Of a DNA stretch of 64,000 bases, positions 52,861-64,000 are shown one piece after another. Each line of letters opens with the position of its first letter. The first letter of the stretch is position 1. The position numbers and the translations under genes were made by a program. Origin of the DNA: Eledone cirrhosa (taxonomy: Eukaryota); contig OZ024749.1 in NCBI GenBank assembly GCA_964016885.1, positions 26,846,001-26,910,000 of the forward strand. Reading direction: 5' to 3'. Under the pieces are notes generated by a model. The model was given only the letters and a program-made list of their open reading frames with translations, was not told the origin of the DNA and made no database searches.

Positions 52861-53059
52861 ATCTTATAGCAGTAATAATAGCCATAGTAAACTAACAGTT
52901 TCCTCCCTTTATTACTCACATAATACTACTACAACTATTAAGTTACATATTACTACTGGCTCTTTATACACAGTATTAGTGTGTGTACTACAGTTACACA
53001 CATTCTACAAACACATACATATATTTCCATGAATGCACACACGATACATACATATATAT

Positions 53060-53258
53060 ATATAGTAATAATAATAAATGTGAAGACTAAAATCCAAAGA
53101 GGGCTCGATAAGGATAAATATATATCAAATATATAAGAACCGTAGAGCAAATATTTATTAAAATAACAGATTAAAGTTTAAGCAAAGAATCGCTGCTTTC
53201 ACCCTTAACGGGATCTTCAGCGATTCTTTGCTTAAACTTTAATCTGTTATTTTAATAA

Positions 53259-53262
<4 letters not shown>
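53060..53262 (-). ncRNA. Fold-back element with a hammerhead-like core at the turn
   Basis: Perfect arms 53151-53195 and 53218-53262; minus strand reads CTGAAGA-T-CCC gttaa GGG-T-GAAA. Confidence 0.65.
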
Positions 53263-53290
<28 letters not shown>

Positions 53291-54602
53291 ATATGATGGC
53301 TGCCCCCTCGTTATTGAGTATGGCCATTGCACGATATAACATTATTAATAATTATCAATTAATGCTATCATGCAACGCCTGTGCGTGAAGATTTTTTTTA
53401 AAGTGAGGAAAGACTGTGCACTGAGCCAATCCCACTCTCTGAGCGACAGTAGCTATAACCCAAAAAGAAGAAAAGATCAACATCATGTGTAGGTACTGAG
53501 CCGCAGGTTTTATGTCGGAGTTATCCCAGTTTCCTGAGTTGCCTTCTCCTAGAAGAATGCCCTGACAAATGCTAAGGGTCCTTCACTCCCAGTGGTTTCC
53601 CCGCACAATCAGGTATCCAGCCCAGTTATTTCTATGTCCCCGTGCATATACATACATATATATACATATGTACATACACACATATACACTTGCACACGTG
53701 TATATACATATTTACACATTTTTGGATGGCCGTTGACTCTTATGGGTTCTTCTCCCCTTTGTCAGGTTTTGCTTTTTTTGACCTGCAGGGTGTCCAAAAT
53801 CCCCTCTTCACCAAATAAACTTGGTAGGGGTTGCCGGTTTAGTCGCCAATGACCAGACTATGCGACAGGTTGTATTGGGTTACATGTTACCAATAGCACT
53901 CAATACATATACACATATATACACACACACATACACACATACATACATACATATGGCAGTGCCCCAGCACTTTCGGCTGGAACACACAAGTAATAAATAA
54001 AAATAATTATATATATTTATATATACACACACAATTACAGCTGGCTTAGTGGTAAGGATGGCAGATGAACAAGTTCAAATCTTCTAACAAGCATCAGTAT
54101 ATGCTTTTCCTCAGTCCACCTAACTGTATATAGGTACCACGTGGTACAGGCGTTTATCTCCTGTAAGAAGCAGTTTAACTAATGAGCGTTTGATTAGTTT
54201 ACCATGCTTGATTCTACATTTTTGCCATAAGGGTACATAATTTGGGGGAACATTTATTAGCTTGCTGAGCTGGGCTCTATAACTTAGCTGTGAAAGTACA
54301 ACTATTAGCTTGCTGAACTGAATTCAATGCCTTTGCTGTGGAAGTACATTAGCTTCCTGATTTGGGCTCAACACTTTTGCTGTAGAAATACATTAGTTTG
54401 CTGTGCTGAGCTCAAAAACTTTGCTGTGGAAGTACAACTATTAGGTTGCTGAGCACCATACATATTTAACCCTTATAAACACCCAGGGCTAACATCCCAG
54501 TCCTCACAGTGTTAACTCCCTTAATGGGATCAGCTGTTATTGCATTTACTTGAGTTTGCAGTTAGCGTTTGATTATATATGTATATGTATCATCATCATT
54601 GT

Positions 54603-54813
54603 TTAACCCTTTAGCATTCACATTACTCTATATATACTATTCTAATTTTGTGATAAAGGCTTTATCTCACATAATATCGAATCTATGAGATTTTGATATT
54701 TATTTTGAGAACTAGACCTTAACATCAGTATGAGCAGCCAGTTATGGCTGGTTTGAACAGAAAGAGGTGAGAGAATTCTGGCCGGATATGGCCAGTTTAA
54801 ATGCTAAAGGGTT
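54603..54813. mobile_element. piggyBac-type MITE (relatives at about 49025-49234 and 15870-16098)
   Basis: ttaa-CCCTTTAGCATT ... AATGCTAAAGGG-tta. Confidence 0.75.
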
Positions 54814-55282
54814 ATCATCCTTTACCAACATTTGCATGGGTTAGAAGGGCTGTCATGTTAGGAGACAAGTCAGCAGATTAAGAGACCACATCTTGTTCAT
54901 ATGGATCTCTAATTTGGCTTGGTTTCTACAGTTGGATGCCCTTCCTAACACCAATAACTAATATGTATATATAAGTGTTAGTGATCTACACGATAAACAT
55001 ACCTAGTATACTCTGTAAAATAGTTGGTGATAGTTAGGAAGAGCAGCGAACCATAGAAAACCTGCCAAACAAAGGGTCATGTGAATTCTTCAGCTGTGTC
55101 AAAGACATGACAACCTTCCTAGTGCTAGTGCCACAACAAAATTCACTCAGTAGAAAACAGGAACATATGTAAGCGAAATGTAAGCTCTCGGCCCATCTGA
55201 GAGGTTAGTGGCCCTGCTTGAATACTAACTTGGTCTTTGAAGACCCATCACATCCTTCCTACCAGGGAAACCAAACTTTAAA

Positions 55283-55542
55283 TGATAATTGTTTCTACTT
55301 TTGGCACAAGGCCAGCAATTACCCAGTGTATTACTGGTACTTTATTTTATCAACCCCGTAAGGATGAAAGCAGTTAACCTCGGCGTGATTTGAACTCAGA
55401 ATGGCAAGGGCCGTAACTCTACGCGTCAAAGCATGGCGTCCAACTTTAAATGATAATTGTTTCTACTTTAGGCACAAGGCCAGCAATTATCCAGTGCATT
55501 ACTGGTACTTTATTTTATCGACCCCGTAAGGATGAAAGGCAA
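55283..55542 (-). mobile_element. Tandem SINE family A copies
   Basis: Family consensus twice, each preceded by aactttaaatgat. Confidence 0.85.
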
Positions 55543-56499
55543 AAAATGATAATGATACATAATGTGAATCCATACCATGGATCTACTAAGCTGCTGCTGT
55601 TTCTGCTGCAGGTGTAGAGGGAGAGAAAAAGAGAGAGCCTGGATTTAAGCATTTATATATGTGTGTGTGTGTCTGTGTATTAAACTTAAGTAGAAATAAG
55701 TTGAAAAACTAATATTTTCTCTGTGGTACAATATAACAATATAACAACCAAAAAATAAATGTAACACAAAACACTAACATTGTTTAGGGTGGGTGGCCAA
55801 CCCATGACTCTTATACGACATATCAACAGTCGATCAACAAGATCCCAGACCTCATTTGCTTAATGAGTGGGGTGGAGCTCGTCGAATCGGACTGAGGAAA
55901 CAATGTTTCCATTGGTCTTCCCAATTGCTAATACTATCTGTCGGTTGGTCGCAAATCCAGGCAGAAGGAACAACGTGAAATAAAGTGTCTGGGAATCGAA
56001 ATCTCAACCTCACTATTGTGAATCTAGTTCTCTAACCACTCAGCCACACACCTATATTTATATATATATATATAGTTGTGATACAACACTTGTATTGTTG
56101 TGATGGCGACAATATGACATTGTATGTTGTGATACATGTGGTGATACATGTGATAGTATGACATGTAGTGGTATGGTATGTGGTAATACAACAAGGTGGT
56201 ACATGTTGGTGGTATGACATTCACACTCACACACATTCACACACCTACCCCAGAAATTTGCCAGGGTAGTTTTTTATCTTTTTGTTTTTATGACAGTTCT
56301 AGAAATTTTGCAATTTTGATGTAACTTTTATAACGAGAGAGAGAAGGGACTACATGAATAGAAAAACGAAACAAAGACCACAAAAAAAAAACCAAAGTTA
56401 ATTTCTTTTTAAATGAAAAATTAATAAAATTAATAAGAAAAATAGGGAAAGGGTTGTTGAGAAAAAAAAATTAAAAAAATGTTAAATTAATAATCCAGC

Positions 56500-56950
56500 T
56501 AAATATATTTATATATAGTGTATGTTATATAAATATATTTATATATATTGTGTATGTTACATAAACATATATATTGTGTATGTTACATAAACATATATAT
56601 TGTATGTTACATAAATATATTTATATATAGTGTATATGTTATATAAATATATTTATATATGTGTTACATAAATATATTTATATAAAGTGTATATGTTATA
56701 TAAATATATTTATATATATGTTACATAAATATATTTATATATATAGTGTACATTATGTAAATATATTTATATATATTGTATATGTTATATAAATATATTT
56801 ATCTATAATGTATGTTATATAAATATATTTATATATATTGTATAAGTTATATAAATATATTTATGTATTGTGTATATTATATAAATATATTTGTATATTG
56901 TATAAGGGATATATTAGATTTATATTTATACATTATGTATTGTATATAAT
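56500..56950. repeat. AT-rich ~30-bp minisatellite
   Basis: tgttatataaatatatttatatat repeated imperfectly. Confidence 0.9.
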
Positions 56951-57056
56951 TATATAGGTTCAATTTTTTTAGTTACGACATTGTTGTTGTGGGGGTTGTT
57001 GTCTTTTATTTATTTAAAAATATTTTATAAATAATTTTAAAAAATGAAACAGATCA

Positions 57057-58243
57057 TCAAACAAATTGTGCTTTGCGATCGTCAGAGGGTGACCGAGAGA
57101 GGAGACTGTGGAGATCCGATGAAGAGGAGGAGGATTCTAATGAGTCTGTTGGGGTAAGAGGTAGTGACAACAGGACAGGCTTGCTTTTGGAAAATTTGGA
57201 GGAGTTGGAGAGAGAAGGGGCAGGGCATTCAGATATTGTTGGCGGTATCTTCGGTTCGATCGGCACAACAGACGTGAGAACGACCGGGGCGCTGTATGTC
57301 TGAGCCAGTGACTTGTGGTAGTGACCCCCTGATGTCCTGGAACTGGATGTCGACGATGTGGGCCCGGCACTAGAATATGTAATGCCGGGCAAGGTGTCAT
57401 AACAGTCCTCTCGAGCGTGTCGCGAGTGGGGTAACTTGGGCGACGTTGTTTTCACGCACATCTTCGCTGTGACCACATTCTGCGACTTCAAGTGGCGTAA
57501 CGCAGAGTATGGAACTTCAACGTATTCTGATGGGGGTTTACCAGGTTTACAAACACTGCTAGTAGCCGGGCTAAATGGTGCGACATTCTCCAGGCTCCTA
57601 GCAGCGGTCAAAAGAACCCCATCATCTGAAAGACTCGATGGAAGACAATTGGATCTGAAGTCAGTCCTAGATACAGCTGGGACAGTTCTCTGATCCGATG
57701 ATTTTGGAGGGTCACTCTTCAATTGTAAAGGCACAGATTTACATTCGGTCAGGCTGCGTTTATTGTCCTTCAACATCTCACAACTTTGGCTCTCAGGGTT
57801 AGATTTTTGTTTCATTTTGGGAGATAAATGGAAACGTTTCGGTTCTGTTAAATGGACATCTTGATGATGATGATGATGTTGTTGTTGCTGCTGCACTTGT
57901 CTTGGCAGCAGATGATGTTTTTCTTGCAGCAGGTGAAGTTGTTGCCGCCGCAGTTGTAGTAGTGATGGTTGCTGTTGTCCTTTCTGCTGCTGCAATTTTT
58001 GTTGCTTTTGTTGTTGTTGTTGTTGCTGCAGCAGCAGTGTTGGTTGTTCTTTATGTTGTTGGTCTTTCTGCTCCTGCAAGAGCAGTCCTTGCTGTTGTTG
58101 CTGCTGCTGCGACTGTTGCTGTTGTTGCAGTGACTGTTGCTGTTGTTGCTGTTGCTGCCCTTTCAGTTTCACTGGAGAATAACTCCAATCGGTCCTACAT
58201 AACATAGTCTTGTTGACAATAGCAAAACATGAGCTTAGGGTAT
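57057..58243 (-). CDS. Terminal coding exon of a host gene: poly-Gln, Ser/Pro-rich disordered C-terminus ending KAQFV
   Basis: 1.19-kb open frame with raised GC, mixed CAA/CAG Gln codons, acceptor tgtctattttcAG at 58244-58245 (phase 1), TGA followed by AT-rich UTR. Confidence 0.85.
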
Positions 58244-58390
58244 CTGAAAATAGACAAAGTAACATCATCATCATCATTATGATCATTTATTTGTTGTATT
58301 AATATGTGGTGGTGTAGTAGTGGTGTGGTGGTGGTAATGCCGTAATGGTGTAATACATACATCATAACATGCCAGAACAGAGAGATGTAC

Positions 58391-58456
<66 letters not shown>

Positions 58457-58590
58457 CATACATACATACATAAGACACATATTTATATGTATATAAATAC
58501 ATATACATACATACATACATACATACACATATATGCATACATATACATACATATACATACATATAGATACATACATACACATATATATAC

Positions 58591-58628
<38 letters not shown>

Positions 58629-59049
58629 CGAGAAAGAGAGAGAGACACACATACATATACAAATAGACACACATAAAAATATTCATACACAAATACACAT
58701 ATATATATACATATATTACTAAACATCACCAAATTTATTCTAGTAACCTCCGAACATAGTTAACTCATTCAATGAGATAAGTTGATAGGCTGCACATTGT
58801 ATTACAGAGCTGACACACATAGGGCGTTTTATGACAGTGTTCAGGTATTGGTGACACTGAATTAATCTATCACTCCGAGTACCTCAAATTTCCTACCCAC
58901 ACAAATTCGTCTTCCTTACCGATTAATGTATGACTCTACAATCTAATCGGTTGCGTTCAAATTTTAATAATTCAGACTTAGAGTGAGAGAGGAAATGACC
59001 GAAGCTGTGTCCATACCATTTGATAAACTTATTCCACAATTATATATAT

Positions 59050-59260
59050 ATATCATCATCATCATCATCTTCGCTTAACGTCCATTTTCCACGCTAGCAT
59101 AGGTTAGACAGGAGTTGTCACACTTGAGGCAAGGTTGGTCAGGTGACCATGTCTTGCTCATATAGGACTATCTGGCAGGTTTTCTATGGCTGGATGCCCT
59201 TCCTAACACCAACCACATTTACAGTGTGCAACTGGGAACTTTTTACCGTGTTACCTACAT
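59050..59260 (-). mobile_element. RTE 3' UTR fragment
   Basis: ggatgcccttcctaacaccaaccacattt and (CAT)n. Confidence 0.85.
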
Positions 59261-59265
59261 ATATA

Positions 59266-59457
59266 TAGGAACGAGTAGGAACCCGACGGTTGAGCTCAAG
59301 CCGTTTTGTCAGCTAATTCTTGACTAAAATTAGCTGTCGAAACGGCTTGAGCTCAGCCGTCGGGGTCCTACTCGTTCCTATTACCCACTCTACTACCCTA
59401 AGTATTGAGTACTTTGGTGCGTTATGGTCCATCTGGTTCCTTACCACATTTCCTTCG

Positions 59458-59460
<3 letters not shown>
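59266..59460 (+). ncRNA. Fold-back element retaining the 3' half of a hammerhead
   Basis: Arms 59266-59318 and 59328-59380; GAAA CGGCT tgagctc AGCCG TC. Confidence 0.65.
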
Positions 59461-59497
<37 letters not shown>

Positions 59498-59694
59498 TAT
59501 TTTGTTTGACCTGTTTAGCTTGATTTGTTTTTTGGCTTAGGTGGTTAATGCCTTCTTGACCACTTTTTCAGTTTGTATGGCGTTTTAACTTATTGTTTAG
59601 CTCTGGTTTTTTAACTATTGAGCGCTTGCCAGCATAACTCTCATTTTGTGTTTCGTTTCGCTTTTTCTACCCGCCGAAATGCGATTCTCACTGA

Positions 59695-59734
<40 letters not shown>

Positions 59735-59737
<3 letters not shown>

Positions 59738-59990
59738 AATAGCAATTTCTGTCTGTTTGTGTGTGTATGTGTGAACGTAAAACTCAAAAACTACGAAACC
59801 GGTCTTGTTGAAACTTGACACATGTGTGAGGCTCATGCCTATTTGATTTCTTACATATATTTCATTTTAATGAAAGGGTTCCCCGGGAATTCAAACCCTC
59901 GCTGAAAATCTTTTCCCTCTGCTACCACTGGAACAAAAGCATGACATTAGTCATCTAGAACATAGCATTATGAGGCTGTTTTCTTGCAAA
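59735..59990 (+). mobile_element. Possible non-autonomous Helitron (DINE-like) 5' fragment
   Basis: ataaatagcaatttctgtctgtttg...aactcaaaaactac..ttgaaacttgacac resembles such elements. Confidence 0.35.
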
Positions 59991-60062
59991 AGAATCAAAT
60001 ATTAATAATATTATTATAATATTATTATTATTCACTCAGGAATGCATATTATATATATATAT

Positions 60063-60257
60063 ATTATTGAGTAAAATGACAGGAGGCCGGACTGGTGAAA
60101 TTCCTTTAAAGTTATTTTTGCAGACATGATTCCTTTATGACTTATGCTGATGATGTCGCTGGAATTCTACTGGCCCTTGAAATATATATAATGTCTGCAA
60201 AAATAAAAACTTTAAAGGAATTCCAACAATCCGACCTCCTGTCACTTATTCAATAAT
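60063..60257 (+). ncRNA. Fold-back element with a hammerhead core in the loop
   Basis: Imperfect arms 60063-60127 and 60191-60257; loop CTGATGA..GAAA TATATA TA. Confidence 0.65.
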
Positions 60258-60288
60258 GTGTGTGTGTGTATATATATATATATATGAA

Positions 60289-60884
60289 GGCATATGGCTT
60301 AGTGGTTAGAGCATTGGGCTTGCAATCGAAAGGTTGTCAGTTCAATACTCGGACCGGGTGATGTGTTGTTTCCTTGAGCAAGACACTTTATTTCACATTG
60401 CTCCAGTTTACTCAGCTGTAGAAATGAAATGATAGGAGCTGGGGTCCCTATCATTCCACTGCAAAGTGGTCGTGGAGGCGCCACGGAAAAAAAAAAGCAC
60501 CCAGCACTCACTGTAAATGAGGTTGGTGTTAGGAAGGGCATCCAGCTGTAGAAATCAAGCCAGAATCAGTTCCCGTATTGGCAAGACAAGGTCAGCCGAC
60601 TGGACATTGCCCACAACAGGACACCTGTCCCACCCTTGCAAGCAGGGAAAAGTGGACGTAAAATGATGATATGCAATCATTATTCAATAATAAGGGCGGT
60701 GGATTGGAAGTATCGGTAGAGGGTTGGATGCCATGCTTTGACGCATAGAGTTACGGCCCTTGCCATTCTGAGTTCAAATTCCACCGAGGTTAACTTTGCC
60801 TTTCATCCTTACGGGGTCGATAAAATAAAGTACCAGTAATGCACTGGTTAATTGCTGGCCTTGTGCCAAAAGTAGAAACAATTA
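60289..60884 (+). mobile_element. SINE family B (60289-60670) followed by SINE family A (60693-60884)
   Basis: Full-length matches to both consensus sequences. Confidence 0.92.
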
Positions 60885-60995
60885 TTCAATAATATCTTCT
60901 CTTACTGATGACAGCCAGTTCAGAGTAAAAATTGGACGGACTGGAAGGGTTGTCAACTTTAACAATATACTTGTCTGTGTGTGTATTTGTATGTA

Positions 60996-61055
<60 letters not shown>

Positions 61056-61350
61056 ATACAATAACAGAGATAGTTTAAAGCTAAACTCTGACTGGTAACC
61101 ATCTCACTCAACAAACATTAGGTTATATTAAAATATAAACCCAATTTAAGTTTTTGGGGTGCTAACGATATGTATAATGTGGAAAAACCAGTTGTATTAT
61201 TTTATGAGATATAATTAAAGTTAAAGTATATATATATGTGTGTGTGAGTATTTCTATGTTTATTTGGATGTATATATGTGTGTATGTATGTTAGTGTGTA
61301 TGTATGTGTGTCTGTATATATATATATATATATGGCTGAATGCATGTGTA

Positions 61351-61396
<46 letters not shown>

Positions 61397-61829
61397 AGTG
61401 TGGAGGTGGAGCGAGTGTACTATAAAAGAAAAAGTAAAACCAGCTAAATTCTAAATGCTGTAACAGAACAGAAATACACACTTGAGAGAGGGGAAGAGGA
61501 GTGAATGTGGGAGGGGAGTGGCGAAAGAGGAAGGGTCGAGAGGAAGGGTCGGGATGAAATAGGGGGAAGGGGAATTGCGAAAGAGAAGTAAAAGGAAAGG
61601 GAGGGACAAAGGTGAGGGAGGGGGCAAGGGGAAATAGAAGGGGGGGGGCACCATAGAGGGGTGTGTGGAAGAGAGAGAGGGGGTGGGGGTGGAGGAAAGG
61701 AGAGGGGTGGGAGTGGAGGAGAGGGGTGGGGGTGGAGGAGAGGAGAGGGGTGGGGTGGAGAAAGAGCAGGAGGGGGTGTGAAAGGCAAGAGAAATATGCC
61801 ATGCAGAGAAATCGGCCATGCATAATGGT

Positions 61830-62940
<1,111 letters not shown>

Positions 62941-63886
62941 ATCATCATCATCATCGACATTTGCATGGATCAGTGTCTATCTGAATATGTGTATGTCTGT
63001 GTGTCTGTATTGTGACACACAATACATTATCAAATTTGTCCATTCTCTTTTTAATCTCTTCATTGCTGTATACGAGATAACTCGTCCTAACATGTTTGAA
63101 CTCGTTTCCAACAGTTCATAGCTTCAAAGTTATGAACTCGTTTCCAACAGTTCATAACTTCAAAGCTAGATGGGGTTACTAGCTTATTGATGTGACGTTT
63201 GTCAATCAAACTAACCATTTTACTGAAGAAAAAAAAAACCAGCACAACAACTGTAGCTGTATAAAATATATGCAGCAGTCAACAGGTTAAAACAGTCAGT
63301 GTTTGCATGTGTATATGAGAGCATATGTGTTGTATATGTCTGTGTGTATTTGTATACACCTCTCAGTTTGTATGGGTATGTGCGTATACGAGTGTTGGTA
63401 TGTATGTTTGTATATGCTTGTGTGTGCATTTCTGAGTGTCCATGTGGGAGCATGTGTGTGAGTATATAAGCATGTGTGTGGTTTGGTAAGTATTGGTATG
63501 TATTTTGTGTATGTATGTGTGTATGTGAGAGAGAGAGGGGAGGGGGAGGAATCTAGAGGAAGAGAGAGGATGTGGCGAGAGAGAGAGGATGTGGCGAGAG
63601 AGAGAGGATGTGGCGAGAGAGAGAGGATGTGGCAAGAGAGAGAGAGAGCCTGTATCAAACAGGGAGAGGAATCTTAAGAGAAAGAGAAAGGGTGGGAAGA
63701 GAGAGCTGGATAGAAAGAGAGAAAGAACAAAAGGTATGTTCATTTCCCTTATGTATTATCAGTTCTGTTACCACGGTGATAGGTCAACATCCTAAATCAC
63801 CAGCTTCCTTGGATACCAGATTTTAACTTAAACTACTTTTAGTGTCAGCTCTTTGTGTTCTGAGTTCAAATCCCAGTGTAGCTTGA

Positions 63887-64000
63887 TTGGGTGGTAGAAT
63901 TACCATGTTGGTCAGTTTAACACCACCCACGGCCTATTTAGGTGCTTGGGTGGTAAAATTACCATGTTGGTCAGTTTAACACCACCCACGGCCTATTTAG
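63887..64000. repeat. 59-bp tandem repeat running off the window end
   Basis: ttgggtggta.aattaccatgttggtcagtttaacaccacccacggcctatttag twice. Confidence 0.9.

Noticed and set aside
57073-58207. Plus-strand ORFs over the Gln-rich exon, and antisense ORFs over the LINE and Gypsy genes
   Set aside because: Shadow frames of the real coding strand
60289-60360. tRNA-like sequences (also 38127, 19982)
   Set aside because: SINE heads with A and B boxes but no complete cloverleaf, followed by SINE bodies

Overview
AT-rich, microsatellite-dense eukaryotic DNA. The SINE and LINE repertoire suggests a coleoid cephalopod (octopus-like); this is inferred, not proven. Most six-frame ORFs are translations of simple repeats. 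The coding signal is mainly mobile elements: four RTE-clade LINE copies (one near full length at about 42.4-46.4 kb with a single nonsense mutation), a decayed Tx1/L1 LINE, a truncated CsRN1-type Gypsy LTR element (5' LTR, tRNA-Trp PBS), a Penelope GIY-YIG 3' end, a Helitron helicase remnant, CR1, CRE and RTE fragments, MITEs and many copies of two tRNA-derived SINE families. Candidate host coding sequence is a Gln/Ser-rich terminal exon (57057-58243, minus), an 89-nt exon (38520-38608) and a compact 267-aa ORF with two death-domain-like repeats (18717-19520). The most unusual signal is about a dozen hammerhead-ribozyme-like cores (CTGANGA-stem II-GAAA-stem III-UH) in short elements next to (TA)n tracts. 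Five of these are fold-back inverted duplications whose turn lies in or at the ribozyme core. There is also a 1.1-kb near-perfect palindrome and a 52-kb-spaced duplication that runs into a Helitron-like end. All folds and family calls were made by eye.
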